Counted from the first letter of the stretch, positions 12,725-22,483 are shown. The stretch: 64,000 nt of DNA from an uncultured Anaerolineales bacterium (GCA_964622645.1 CAZUSV010000004.1:9290-73289), one strand, 5' to 3'. Numbers and translations: made by a program. Notes: generated from the letters alone by a model not told the origin.

Positions 12725-13411
12725 ATGAATGAAACCATACTGGTTGTCGATGACGAACCCAAAATCGTCAAACTGGCGCGCGATTACCTGGAGAAGAACG
12801 GTTTCCAGGTGAAATCTGCCGGGGATGGGGTTACCGCCCTGGCCATGGCCCGCAGAGACAAGCCCAATTTGATCGTGCTTGACCTGATGCTGCCGGGTAT
12901 GGACGGCCTGGATGTCTGCCGAGCGCTACGCCGCGAATCGGATGTGCCGATCATCATGCTGACTGCCCGGTCTGAAGAGAGTGATCAATTAATCGGCCTG
13001 GAGCTGGGGGCGGACGACTACATCACGAAACCATTCTCTCCCCGGGCATTAGTGGCACGCGTGCGAGCAGTACTGCGTCGGGCTCAAGGCGGTGTGCGTC
13101 AGCCGGGGGTCATTCACGCTGGAGATCTGAAGATCGATCTCGATGGTCATCGAACCTTTTTAGGCGATTATCCGATCCATCTAACCCGAAATGAATTTAA
13201 ATTGCTAGCTGTGATGGCTCAACAACCCGGACAAATTTTCTCCCGGATGCAGTTATTAGAGCACCTGCATGGGGTTGCTTATGAGGGCTATGATCGCAGC
13301 GTCGATTCTCATATCAAAAACTTGCGCCGCAAGATCGAAACCGACTTGACGAACCCACAGTACATCCAGACCGTCTACGGTGTTGGGTATCGATTCAACG
13401 ATGAAGTATAG
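12725..13411 (+). CDS. OmpR-family response regulator
   Basis: REC domain (DDEP, LVLDLMLPG) plus winged-helix C-terminus (VYGVGYRF). Confidence 0.93.
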   Translation: MNETILVVDDEPKIVKLARDYLEKNGFQVKSAGDGVTALAMARRDKPNLIVLDLMLPGMDGLDVCRALRRESDVPIIMLTARSEESDQLIGLELGADDYITKPFSPRALVARVRAVLRRAQGGVRQPGVIHAGDLKIDLDGHRTFLGDYPIHLTRNEFKLLAVMAQQPGQIFSRMQLLEHLHGVAYEGYDRSVDSHIKNLRRKIETDLTNPQYIQTVYGVGYRFNDEV

Positions 13412-14564
13412 CAACAAAAGAAATCCCAAAGGGCATTGGACATCCAAACCGCCCTGGACACACTTTGATCATCAAGCGCCGCGCTGGCCAGGAGCTTCGC
13501 GTCGACGGCGGGGTCTGTTCTTTGCGCGGTTTGTCGGTATATTTGGCCTGATGATCCTTCTAGTTTTAGGGGGTATGGCGGCATTTGCTTTCCTGCTATC
13601 GCACTTCTTCGAAGGTGGTGGCAGAATGGCAGTTCTGATTTGGATCAGTGGCTGCGGACTGTCATTAGCCTTGCCATTTCTTGGTGGAGCTGTCGCATTT
13701 CGGGTTCTACGGGGGATTACCAATCCAATCGCCGATATTATGTCCGCTGCGGATGCTGTAGCCGAAGGTGACCTGGATGTGCGAGTTCCAGAACCACAGC
13801 ATGGGCCGGGCGAGTTTCGCCGGCTGGCGGGTTCTTTTAACCGCATGGTCGAGGAACTAGACCGTGCGGAAAACCAGCGCCGTAATCTCACTGCCGATGT
13901 AGCCCACGAACTGCGTTCGCCCCTACATATTATCCAGGGCAATCTGGAAGGGGTGCTCGATGGTGTATATGATCCCACTTCCGAGCATATTGCTGCTACG
14001 CTGGATGAAACTCGTTTACTGAGGCGGCTGGTGGATGATCTGCAAACGCTGAGTTTGGCTGAGGCTGGTCAACTTCCTTTGAAAATGGAAGCGGTGAACA
14101 TCCCTGAGTTGCTAGAGGATATGCGCACCAGTTTTAGCGGACAGGCCGAAGCAGCCAGGATCGATTTGCAGGTTGATTGTCAAGGGGATCCCCTTTTACT
14201 GAAGATTAACGGCGACGCAGACCGTTTAGCTCAGGTGCTGAGCAATCTGATTGCCAACGCGCTGCGGCATACCCCCTCGGGAGGCAGTATCCTCATCAAA
14301 GCGGCGCCCACCCCAGACCCGCAGGGAGTGCGCATCACCATACAGGATAACGGGGAGGGGATTCCGCCGAGCGATCTACCCTATATTTTCGACCGGTTCT
14401 GGAAGGGGGATCGCTCCCGGCAACGCGCGGACGGTTCGGGCAGCGGACTGGGTCTGGCGATTGCCCGTCAACTGGTGGGGCTTCACGGGGGAGAGATCGT
14501 TGTCGAAAGCGAACCTGGTTTAGGGAGCACATTCCGGATCGATTTGCCTGCAGAAGCTGTGTAA
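13401..14564 (+). CDS. Sensor histidine kinase (TM-HAMP-HisKA-HATPase_c)
   Basis: H-box VAHELRSPL, N-box NLIANALRHT, G-boxes DNGEGI and GSGLGLAI. The ATG at 13401 overlaps the response-regulator stop. Confidence 0.9.
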   Translation: MKYSNKRNPKGHWTSKPPWTHFDHQAPRWPGASRRRRGLFFARFVGIFGLMILLVLGGMAAFAFLLSHFFEGGGRMAVLIWISGCGLSLALPFLGGAVAFRVLRGITNPIADIMSAADAVAEGDLDVRVPEPQHGPGEFRRLAGSFNRMVEELDRAENQRRNLTADVAHELRSPLHIIQGNLEGVLDGVYDPTSEHIAATLDETRLLRRLVDDLQTLSLAEAGQLPLKMEAVNIPELLEDMRTSFSGQAEAARIDLQVDCQGDPLLLKINGDADRLAQVLSNLIANALRHTPSGGSILIKAAPTPDPQGVRITIQDNGEGIPPSDLPYIFDRFWKGDRSRQRADGSGSGLGLAIARQLVGLHGGEIVVESEPGLGSTFRIDLPAEAV

Positions 14565-14623
14565 ACCTCAGGCTATTGCGACACCTTTAGAGTCTTTCTC
14601 TTTTCGAGTATCATTGGGGCTCA

Positions 14624-15637
14624 ATGAAAAAGTGGGCTCACTTACTCCTGTTTGGGTTGGTCCTGTTTGCTTTGGGCGTTGATACCGCTCCCAGCGCAGC
14701 CCAGGACTGTGATGTCTATTGTGTTGTCGCAGCTGTCAATGCCTTCCGCACGGCCAATGGCCTGCCTGCCATGCAAATCGACAGCTCCTTGATGGCCGCG
14801 GCCCAGGCTCAGAGCGACCATCAAGCATCTATCGGGCAAGTCACCCATGTAGGCGCAGGTGGCAGCTCGGCTACTCAACGGGCAATTGCGTATGGCTTTG
14901 GTGGTGGAGCCCAGGTATTCGTCTCAGAGAACATTGCTGGGGGGATGACCATGACCATTGAGAAGGCCATTTACGAATATTGGCAAGATAGCCTGCACCT
15001 GCAGACGATGCTCAACCCCGCGGCGCTTTATATTGGCGCCGGTGTGGGGAATGCAAATGGCTACATATACTATACTGTCGATACCGGTTATTACGTCGGC
15101 GCGCCGGGGAGTTCATCAGAGGTCATACCCCAGACTACAGCTGGACCAGCTCCAACCAGCGGCCCAACCACGGACTCATTTATCAAATCGACACCCCAGG
15201 AGGATGGCGCCATCATTCATGTGGTGGGATATGGACAATCCCTGATTGGCATTGCCAACTCTTATGAAGTTGAAGTCGCCGAGGTGCTCATCCTCAACAA
15301 CCTGACACTGGATAGCATTATTTACCCTGGGGACAAGATTATCCTCAAACCTTCATACACCCCCACAAGTACAGAATCAGCCACAACGCCCGCGCCGAGT
15401 GCCACGCTGACAGCGACGACATCAACACAAACCTCTTCACAACCCGAGGTGACCTATATTATTCCCCCTACCCAGACACCATCCATCACCCCTACGCTTA
15501 CCCCACTGGTGATCTCACCAGAGAGTGAACCCATGGTGGTCGGGGCAGTCCTATTTGCGCTAGCAGCATTTTTATCCGTAATTATAGGTGGGTTATTCAA
15601 AAGACGTGACCCCTCTCAGGGAAATCCAGGTGCTTAA
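14624..15637 (+). CDS. Secreted CAP(SCP/PR-1)-LysM protein with a Thr/Pro linker and C-terminal TM anchor
   Basis: Signal peptide, CAP-like N-terminal domain, one LysM (HVVGYGQSLIGIANSY..PGDKIILKP), a T/P/S-rich tract and a terminal hydrophobic helix followed by KRR. Confidence 0.8.
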   Translation: MKKWAHLLLFGLVLFALGVDTAPSAAQDCDVYCVVAAVNAFRTANGLPAMQIDSSLMAAAQAQSDHQASIGQVTHVGAGGSSATQRAIAYGFGGGAQVFVSENIAGGMTMTIEKAIYEYWQDSLHLQTMLNPAALYIGAGVGNANGYIYYTVDTGYYVGAPGSSSEVIPQTTAGPAPTSGPTTDSFIKSTPQEDGAIIHVVGYGQSLIGIANSYEVEVAEVLILNNLTLDSIIYPGDKIILKPSYTPTSTESATTPAPSATLTATTSTQTSSQPEVTYIIPPTQTPSITPTLTPLVISPESEPMVVGAVLFALAAFLSVIIGGLFKRRDPSQGNPGA

Positions 15638-15639
15638 CC

Positions 15640-17382
15640 ATGCCAAAAATGTCAACTCGTTACACCAACCAACAATTAGCCGCTACTTTCCGTTTGATTG
15701 GCGATCTATTAGAAATCAAAGGGGAGATCGTTTATAAAACCTTGGCCTATCGTAAAGCCTCCGATAACCTGATCAATCTAGGGCGCGATATCAATGAGAT
15801 ATGGAAGGAAGGAGACCTGACCGATATCCCCGGTGTGGGCAAGGCCATCGCCGAAAAGATCGACGAACTGCTCTCCACCGGTGAATTAACCTTCCTGAAC
15901 AACCTGGCTATGGAAGTCCCCCTGACCCTGGCGGACTTGCTCCAGGTACAGGGATTAGGTCCCAAAAAAGTAGGGCTCTTCTGGCGGGAGTTGGGCATCA
16001 CCACCCTGGAAGAACTCGAAACCGCTGCGCGTGGGGGGGAATTGCGTGGTTTACCCGGCATAGGCGCAAAATCGGAAGAGAAGATCATTGCCGGGATCGA
16101 GGCCCTGGCACGGCGCTCAGGGCGCACGCCTTTAGGTATGGCCTGGCCTTTTGCCCAGGAATTACTAACCATGCTGCGATCTCTCCCGGGTGTTACGGCT
16201 GCAGAAGCTGCTGGCAGCCTGCGCCGCATGCGAGCCGATGTCGGCGATCTGGATATCCTGGCCGCAGCCGAAGAGTCCCAACCAGTGATGAAAGCCTTCG
16301 TCGAGCGGCCCGACGTGGTTGAGATCTTGGGGCACGGTTCGACCAAATCCAGCGTCGAGTTTGCCAACGGCTTGCGTGCTCAGCTTTGGGTGCATCCCCC
16401 AGAACGCTTTGGTACGGCCCTACAGTATGCCACCGGGTCGAAGGATCATAACGTGCGCTTACGCGAGTTGGCCCTCGATCAGGGCTACTCGCTTTCTGAA
16501 CATGCCCTGAAGCGCGTCGAAGATGATCGCGAGGTTCTTTGCGGCTCGGAAGAGGAAGTCTACACAACCTTGGGCTTGCCCTGGATCCCCCCTGAGTTAC
16601 GCGAGGATCGGGGTGAAGTGAAAGCAGCACAGACGGGGAAACTACCTGATCTCATCCAACTCAAAGACCACAAAGCCGAACTTCATAGCCATTCCAACTG
16701 GAGTGATGGCAAAGTCACCATCCGCGAGATGGCTGAGGGCGCTATTCAGCGAGGCTATGGCGTACTGGCCATCACCGATCACACCCAAAGCCTGGGCATT
16801 GCCAACGGCCTATCTGTGGAGCGACTCCGCCAGCAGCGCCTCGAAATCGATGCCGTGCAAGAAGAAATGGGCGATGCCATCACCTTGCTGCAAGGCGCAG
16901 AAGTAGAGATCAAAGCCGATGGCAGCCTCGATTACCCCGATGATGTGCTTGCTGAACTCGATATCGTGGTAGCCTCGCTGCATACCAGCCTGGGTCAAGC
17001 GCGCGAGAAAGTCACCCGGCGATTGCTGAACGCCATACACAACCCCCATGTAGACATCATCGGCCATCCCACCGGGCGCCTGCTCCCCGACCGCGAGGGT
17101 GCTGACCTGGACATGGATGCTGTCCTGGCTGCGGCTGCGGAAATGGGCACTGCCTTAGAGATCAACGCTCACCCCAGCCGTCTCGACCTGGAGGATATCT
17201 ATGCCCGCAGGGCTATCGAACTGGGCATCCCCCTGACCATCAATACCGATGCCCATGCTCCTGACCAGTTCGACCTGATCCACTTCGGCATCGCCACTGC
17301 CCGCCGCGCCTGGGTGGAGCCAGAGCAAGTGATCAATGCTTGGGAGCCAAATCGGTTATTAAATTGGCTATCTATTCGCTGA
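15640..17382 (+). CDS. polX: Family X DNA polymerase with a C-terminal PHP domain
   Basis: HhH motifs (IPGVGKAIAEKI; LPGIGAKSEEKI) and the catalytic region. PHP histidines are present (ELHSHSNWSDG, ITDHT). Confidence 0.92.
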   Translation: MPKMSTRYTNQQLAATFRLIGDLLEIKGEIVYKTLAYRKASDNLINLGRDINEIWKEGDLTDIPGVGKAIAEKIDELLSTGELTFLNNLAMEVPLTLADLLQVQGLGPKKVGLFWRELGITTLEELETAARGGELRGLPGIGAKSEEKIIAGIEALARRSGRTPLGMAWPFAQELLTMLRSLPGVTAAEAAGSLRRMRADVGDLDILAAAEESQPVMKAFVERPDVVEILGHGSTKSSVEFANGLRAQLWVHPPERFGTALQYATGSKDHNVRLRELALDQGYSLSEHALKRVEDDREVLCGSEEEVYTTLGLPWIPPELREDRGEVKAAQTGKLPDLIQLKDHKAELHSHSNWSDGKVTIREMAEGAIQRGYGVLAITDHTQSLGIANGLSVERLRQQRLEIDAVQEEMGDAITLLQGAEVEIKADGSLDYPDDVLAELDIVVASLHTSLGQAREKVTRRLLNAIHNPHVDIIGHPTGRLLPDREGADLDMDAVLAAAAEMGTALEINAHPSRLDLEDIYARRAIELGIPLTINTDAHAPDQFDLIHFGIATARRAWVEPEQVINAWEPNRLLNWLSIR

Positions 17383-17439
17383 AAAAATTAAACCACGAAG
17401 TACACCAAGAAACACAAAGGATACTTTGTGAGTAGTGAG

Positions 17440-17510
17440 CCAACCGCGTTGGCGACCGAATCAGACTAAGCACATCTTGCCATGTCCGCCCAACGCGGTT
17501 GTCCTGCGAT
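17440..17510. repeat. Family D hairpin repeat
   Basis: ccaaccgcgttggcgaccgaatcag..gtccgcccaacgcggttgtcctgcgat. A second copy is at 27027-27088. Confidence 0.65.
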
Positions 17511-17759
17511 CGGAGATCGTGTCGAAGGGGTTGGGCTTCTAACCCAAAAGAAATTTTTCGAGAGATAAAATCCATATGCGATTGCCTTGCCTTGCGCCTC
17601 CAGGCCACTCACCGTCTCTCTTTTGCAGATGCTCTCATTGCAGCATACACTTTGCAATACAATGCTGTACTACTGCACAAAGATCCTGAATTTGAAGTGC
17701 TAGAGAATGAGTTGACCCTTGAAGCTCTGCCCTATAAAAGCGCCCCTTCCTCCCAGTGA
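17499..17759 (+). pseudogene. PIN-domain (VapC-like) toxin, 3' remnant only
   Basis: The C-terminal ~55 aa (LSFADALIAAYTLQYNAVLLHKDPEFEVLEN) look like a PIN C-terminus. The N-terminal acidic-residue half is absent and replaced by repeat sequence. There is no adjacent antitoxin. Confidence 0.45.
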
Positions 17760-18541
17760 AGTTTCTCAACTTGGCCCGTTTCACCAATCAGGTTTGGGAG
17801 TAACGAACTCAGTTTTGCAGGATTCCCGGTGGTAATGTAGCGTACTGCCCCCAAAGAGGATCCTGGTTCCCATAGTTCATAAGCATCAAGCACCCGCCCG
17901 ACCTGGCGCGCCACCGCCGGTGCCGGATCGATCACTTCCACCTCGGGACCGGTAATCCCCTCAATCAGTGGGATCACAAAGGGGTAATGCGTGCAGCCCA
18001 TCACCACCCGGTCCACCCCCCTCTCTAGCATGGGATGCAGGGCTTTCTCCAGTATACGGCGCGTCGCCGGGGAGTCCAATTCCCCTCGTTCTATATGATC
18101 GACCAACCCCTGGCAAGTATCTGTCATGACTGTCACCCCCTGTGCGAAGCGCTCTACCACCGAGTTGAATAACTCCCCCTGGAACGTAGCCGGAGTGGCC
18201 AGAACACCTACGATGCCACTTTGGGTGCCCTCGGCTGCGGGTTTCACGGCCGGTTCCATACCGACAAAGGGAACATCAGGAAAGGAATCCCGCAAATAAT
18301 GCAGCGCAGCCGCCGAGGCGGTGTTGCAAGCAACTACAATTATTTTAGAGCCTCGGGATCGTAAATAGCGAGTGATCTCTTTCGAAAAGCCCCGCACTTG
18401 ATTTGCTGAGCGCAGCCCATAAGGGACATGAGCCTGATCGGCTACGTATACTAAATTCTCGGAAGGCAGCTGCTGCCGAATCTCACGCAGAACCGAAAGG
18501 CCGCCAACTCCGGAGTCGAAAACCCCTATTCCCCGCTTCAC
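17732..18541 (-). CDS. murI: Glutamate racemase
   Basis: GVFDSGVGGLSV, VVACNTAS and GCTHYP motifs. Confidence 0.93.
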   Translation of the reverse strand: MKRGIGVFDSGVGGLSVLREIRQQLPSENLVYVADQAHVPYGLRSANQVRGFSKEITRYLRSRGSKIIVVACNTASAAALHYLRDSFPDVPFVGMEPAVKPAAEGTQSGIVGVLATPATFQGELFNSVVERFAQGVTVMTDTCQGLVDHIERGELDSPATRRILEKALHPMLERGVDRVVMGCTHYPFVIPLIEGITGPEVEVIDPAPAVARQVGRVLDAYELWEPGSSLGAVRYITTGNPAKLSSLLPNLIGETGQVEKLHWEEGALL

Positions 18542-18544
18542 ATT

Positions 18545-19276
18545 TCACGCTTCACGCTCTAGGCGAGCTGCATTCACAAACGCCTGGAACAACGCTCGCA
18601 TCGCTTCGTGTTCCGGTAGCCACTCTGGATGCCACTGCACCGCCAATCCAAAGGGATGCTCTGGCAATACTACGCCTTCGACAATGCCATCGGGTGCATA
18701 GGCGATAGACACCAAGTCAGGGGCAACCTGCCTTATAGCTTGATGATGCAGGCTGTTGACGGGAACATCTGTGGAGCCCAAAATCTCGGCAAGCAAACTA
18801 CCTGCCTGAACATCGACATTGTGAGCAGGGTGATCCCAAGGCCAATTGGGATAGTAAGTATGCTCGATGGCATCAGGGTGTTCTTCGAGGATATCGCGAT
18901 AGAGCGTGCCTCCCAGGGCAACATTGATGACTTGAATTCCACGGCAGATACCTAAAAACGGCGTACCTTTTTCGATTACGTCCTCCACCAATTGGATTTC
19001 TACTCGATCCCGGTCCGTGTCCACCGTATGGACCTTCTCCGTCATCTCAGATCCATACTCCCCTGGTTCTACATCCCCACCACCACTGAAGATGATGCCA
19101 TCAAGTGAAGACACCATCTGCCTGATTTGATCTTCGGGCAAACCCAAAGGAATCAATACTGGTAACCCGCCTGCCCTGAGGACTGCCTGTGGATAGGTTT
19201 CAGCGATGGCGATCTCTGGAAAGCCGTACTTGTTTTGTTGGCGTTTGGTGGTGATACCAATGAGTGGCAGGTTCAT
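18545..19276 (-). CDS. Gamma-glutamyl hydrolase-like class I glutamine amidotransferase (peptidase C26)
   Basis: GICRGIQ nucleophile motif and VQWHPE. Start placed at ATG 19276 (MNLPLIGI). Confidence 0.85.
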   Translation of the reverse strand: MNLPLIGITTKRQQNKYGFPEIAIAETYPQAVLRAGGLPVLIPLGLPEDQIRQMVSSLDGIIFSGGGDVEPGEYGSEMTEKVHTVDTDRDRVEIQLVEDVIEKGTPFLGICRGIQVINVALGGTLYRDILEEHPDAIEHTYYPNWPWDHPAHNVDVQAGSLLAEILGSTDVPVNSLHHQAIRQVAPDLVSIAYAPDGIVEGVVLPEHPFGLAVQWHPEWLPEHEAMRALFQAFVNAARLEREA

Positions 19277-19286
19277 ATGTTTAGAT

Positions 19287-19322
19287 AACAAAAGGGGTGC
19301 AGCGAAATATTTGCTACACCCC
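19287..19322 (-). terminator. Terminator after rplS
   Basis: Stem ggggtgcagc/gctacacccc with one mismatch. A U-run (ttttgtt) follows on the minus strand. Confidence 0.6.
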
Positions 19323-19407
19323 TATAAAGGTGGAATGCATTTGATATGCTGTATTTCCTTCACGAAAATTCATGCCAAAGTGCACTTCAGCTTAGGAAGA
19401 TACAAGT

Positions 19408-19758
19408 CTATTTTGTAAATTTTTGCTTAAGGCGGGCACGCTTGCCGGTGCGATCTCGCAAATAGTACAACTTGGCCCGGCGGACATGCGCATGGCGGTG
19501 AACAGTCACCTTCTCAATGCGCGGGGAATTCGTCAAGAAGGTGCGCTCTACCCCAATACCATTGCTGGCAATGCGGCGCACGGTGAAAGTCGGAGTATTG
19601 GTACTCTCGTGTTGTCCAATGACAGTGCCTTTGAATTCCTGAACGCGTTCGTTATCACCTTCTTTGATGCGTAAGAAAACACTAACTGTATCTCCGATGT
19701 TCAGGTCAGGGATATTCGGATTTTCGGGTGCTGCCACAGATTTCAATAATTCGTTCAT
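19408..19758 (-). CDS. rplS: 50S ribosomal protein L19
   Basis: 116 aa; overall sequence resembles ribosomal protein L19 (e.g. GDTVSV..RIKEGDNERVQEFKGTVI; VERTF..SPRIEKV.V). Confidence 0.95.
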   Translation of the reverse strand: MNELLKSVAAPENPNIPDLNIGDTVSVFLRIKEGDNERVQEFKGTVIGQHESTNTPTFTVRRIASNGIGVERTFLTNSPRIEKVTVHRHAHVRRAKLYYLRDRTGKRARLKQKFTK

Positions 19759-19907
19759 GATTACTTGCCTTTATGGTGTCTCGAAATTCTCTCTGCGAAG
19801 ACCTTCGCCTTTGCAGATATGTTTACACAAAATAAAGCCGCCAAGCGTAGCATACCTCAGGCGGACGGCTGGGGATTATACCATGCTGATTCACAAAAGG
19901 GAAGAGA

Positions 19908-19943
19908 AAATCTGGAAGGTCCCACGTCGATTCTTAGAGAGAC
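19908..19943. repeat. Family A repeat, solo arm
   Basis: aaatctggaaggtcccacgtcgattcttagagagac. Confidence 0.6.
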
Positions 19944-19954
19944 AAATCTGATCT

Positions 19955-20509
19955 CTAAGCTGCCTCATCAATGTTGTCGGAGGGGATATCCAGGTGAGGT
20001 AGGGCCAGCATCAACCCCGCCAGTGTTTTTGCATCGTGCAATTGATTTTCCCAGGCCATTTCGAGTACTTGCGTGACGTGGATCTTTTCCACCTTCAAAA
20101 ACTCATCCTCATCACCGGGCAACGTCGAAGGTGAAAGCTCGCTGGCTAAATAAACATACATTAACTCAGTCGAATAGCCTGGCGCCAGATAGAATTCGCC
20201 GATTAATTGCATGCGTTCTGCTCTCATGCCGATCTCTTCTTGAAGCTCTCGTTGGGCACAAACCGCAGGGGCTTCATCGTCCTCGAGCGTACCTGCAGGA
20301 AGTTCGAGCAACTCATCCCCGGTAGCGTGGCGATACTGCCGCACAAACCAGATATTTCCATCCGAGTCGATTGGCAAGATGGTCACCGCCCCCACATGCT
20401 CTACAATATCCAGATCAGCAATACGGCCTTGGGGCAGCCGTACCTGATCTTTGCGAACGGAGAAGGCTTTTCCTCGATACTTGGTTTCACTCTTGAGAGT
20501 TTTGAACAT
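19955..20509 (-). CDS. NUDIX hydrolase (ADP-ribose pyrophosphatase-like)
   Basis: Nudix box PAGTLEDDEAPAVCAQRELQEEIG. Start at ATG 20509 after SD gaggag. Confidence 0.85.
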   Translation of the reverse strand: MFKTLKSETKYRGKAFSVRKDQVRLPQGRIADLDIVEHVGAVTILPIDSDGNIWFVRQYRHATGDELLELPAGTLEDDEAPAVCAQRELQEEIGMRAERMQLIGEFYLAPGYSTELMYVYLASELSPSTLPGDEDEFLKVEKIHVTQVLEMAWENQLHDAKTLAGLMLALPHLDIPSDNIDEAA

Positions 20510-20541
20510 CCCAGCTCCTCTACATGATTCATTTTTTGCTT

Positions 20542-20587
20542 GATAAAAAGGGTGTGGGGCGGTCGAGCCGCCCCACACCCTTTTTAT
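20542..20587. terminator. Bidirectional hairpin terminator, family-B-like
   Basis: gataaaaagggtgtggggcggtcgagccgccccacaccctttttatc. Downstream of the LysM lipoprotein gene. Confidence 0.65.
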
Positions 20588-20608
20588 CGGAGTCTTATTT
20601 TATAAACT

Positions 20609-21304
20609 TCAGGGGATTTGGATTGTCTGCCCTACAGGTAAGGCGCCATCGATACCATTCACTGCCTTGATCGCTCGAGGATCTACATCGCCAAACAGGC
20701 AGGCTACAGAATTAGCGGTATCCCCCGATTGTACAACATACGTAGTGGGATGAGAGCGCAGAGCTCGCGGTCCCACATTGAAATTTCCGGCACCCTGGGG
20801 GATTGTCAGCACAGTCCCCGGATATGTCATTGACGAAGAAGATAATCCATTTGCTGATAATAGCGCCGCCGGGGCAATATCGAATCGGCGCGCAATACAA
20901 TAAGGAAATTCCCCAGGTTGAAGCGTATAGCTGCTAGGTATGTCGTATTCTTCCGCCACTACCGGTTCTGCTTCAGGTTCAGCTTGCTCGACAGGTTCTG
21001 CTTCGGTTTGTGCCTCGGGCTGGGGAGTCTCTGTCGGCTTGACCTCTTCAGTGGGAGCGGCTTCTTCTGCTTGAGGGGCAGCATTTTGATCCCCACCACT
21101 CTCTGCCACGATAGCTGTTTGAGTAGTAATTGCTTCCAAGGCTTCCAAAGCCGAAGGTGTTCCTACCTCGGCTTCAGGTAAAGGAAACTCCCCCCCACCT
21201 TCTGTACCGGGCATAGCCGATGAGGCACTTCTTTCACAAGCAGACAAGCCAATTGCAAGCAGTAAAATTGCGGCAACGACCAAATAATGTTTGCTTTTCA
21301 TCAT
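20609..21304 (-). CDS. Lipoprotein with two LysM domains
   Basis: Start at ATG 21304 after SD aaggag. Lipobox LSAC, acidic/Pro-rich linker and two LysM-like repeats. Confidence 0.8.
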   Translation of the reverse strand: MMKSKHYLVVAAILLLAIGLSACERSASSAMPGTEGGGEFPLPEAEVGTPSALEALEAITTQTAIVAESGGDQNAAPQAEEAAPTEEVKPTETPQPEAQTEAEPVEQAEPEAEPVVAEEYDIPSSYTLQPGEFPYCIARRFDIAPAALLSANGLSSSSMTYPGTVLTIPQGAGNFNVGPRALRSHPTTYVVQSGDTANSVACLFGDVDPRAIKAVNGIDGALPVGQTIQIP

Positions 21305-21475
21305 ATTGGCTCCTTCATTTCTTCTGGCCAAATGCGGATTCAGCGTCATCGTTCACCTGCGGATAAAGCATCGATGGAAAACGAAAGCTCTGTATTTGGA
21401 ATAACCTTAATAACCAATTATTATGACTATTATCTTAAAGGATACTAGCATAATCATTGTTTAGCGTCAAGAAAT

Positions 21476-21913
21476 ATGAGTTCCTCAGAAAGGCATAAAA
21501 ATACTTTGATTGTTTCTCCAGGAACCACCGTATTCTCATTGCAAAGTGTCACTGGATATTCAACGATCTCCGCCAACCTGGCTGCGGGATTGACGCAGCT
21601 TTTGAGCAGGGAGACCATGCTAGTTGATCTAGCGCCAACGGCTGGACAAGCCCTTTTGATGCATAACCTGCTTCTTCGCAAAACTCGGGCTGACCTCACC
21701 CGCATGGAGGCTGCAGAGATCGACCAAGAAGGACTCAGTCAGGCTAAGCGGCATCATCCCAGCGGTGTACATGGTCTCTCCGCACCATATCACGTTGAAG
21801 AAAGCGAACTTGTCGTCGGTTCAATCTACGGCGATAGCACTTATAGAATCCAAAAAGAGAGTGAGCTAACTTGGCCGGCCCACTCTCTTTTTGGGATGAT
21901 ACAAATTTTATAA
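21476..21913 (+). CDS. Truncated CpaE/TadZ-like (MinD/ParA-fold) protein with a degenerate P-loop; possible pseudogene
   Basis: TVFSLQSVTGYSTISANLAAGL..MLVDLA..HHPSGVHGLSAP follows the CpaE ATPase-domain N-terminal half. KGGxGxT is replaced by LQSVTGYS and the C-terminal half is missing. Confidence 0.4.
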   Translation: MSSSERHKNTLIVSPGTTVFSLQSVTGYSTISANLAAGLTQLLSRETMLVDLAPTAGQALLMHNLLLRKTRADLTRMEAAEIDQEGLSQAKRHHPSGVHGLSAPYHVEESELVVGSIYGDSTYRIQKESELTWPAHSLFGMIQIL

Positions 21914-22258
21914 GCTGTCACGTAATTTTTCTAACTCGGCAACAAGTCGTTGGTAATCACTTACCAGCGCATCCATTTTTCCTTTGGCATCTGCAAGATT
22001 ATTGTCTTTACCCAGCATCTCGAGTTCAAAAGCCTTCTCAGCAAATTCATAGGCGCCAAATGTTTTGCAATTCGATTTCAACGTATGGGCGGACCTGGTA
22101 AATGTTTGCGCATCATCGCTTGCTAAGGCACTACTCATACTTTCAATGAATTCTGGACCACTGCTAAAGAAAGTCTCAATTAGGTCGATGAAGAAAGGGC
22201 CAAACTCATCACCTAACATTTCACGATATTCATCCAGGGCAGCGGGGTCGAGTGACAT
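21908..22258 (-). CDS. Histidine phosphotransfer (Hpt) domain protein
   Basis: HTLKSNCKTFGA phosphohistidine motif. 116 aa, helical. Confidence 0.8.
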   Translation of the reverse strand: MSLDPAALDEYREMLGDEFGPFFIDLIETFFSSGPEFIESMSSALASDDAQTFTRSAHTLKSNCKTFGAYEFAEKAFELEMLGKDNNLADAKGKMDALVSDYQRLVAELEKLRDSL

Positions 22259-22400
22259 TTTGATCTCCTAAGCATGCAAATTTATTCTTTACTCTCCGGT
22301 CTGGAAGCCCACACTTGGGCGTGACAGGAAACCATGTCCACTGAAGGAAAGATCATTGGAATTATAAATGAACTTTCGCTGAAGCGGGATTCTAATTCCC

Positions 22401-22470
22401 CAGCTCTCGAGGATTCGCTGGGGGTTACTCCCAGAATTTTGGGCATCATTACGGGAATTCCCGGAGACCC
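22401..22470. repeat. Family A repeat with both arms and no core
   Basis: cagctctcgaggattcgctgggggttactcccagaatttt..acgggaattcccggagaccc. Confidence 0.6.
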
Positions 22471-22483
22471 AATTCCACCAAGT

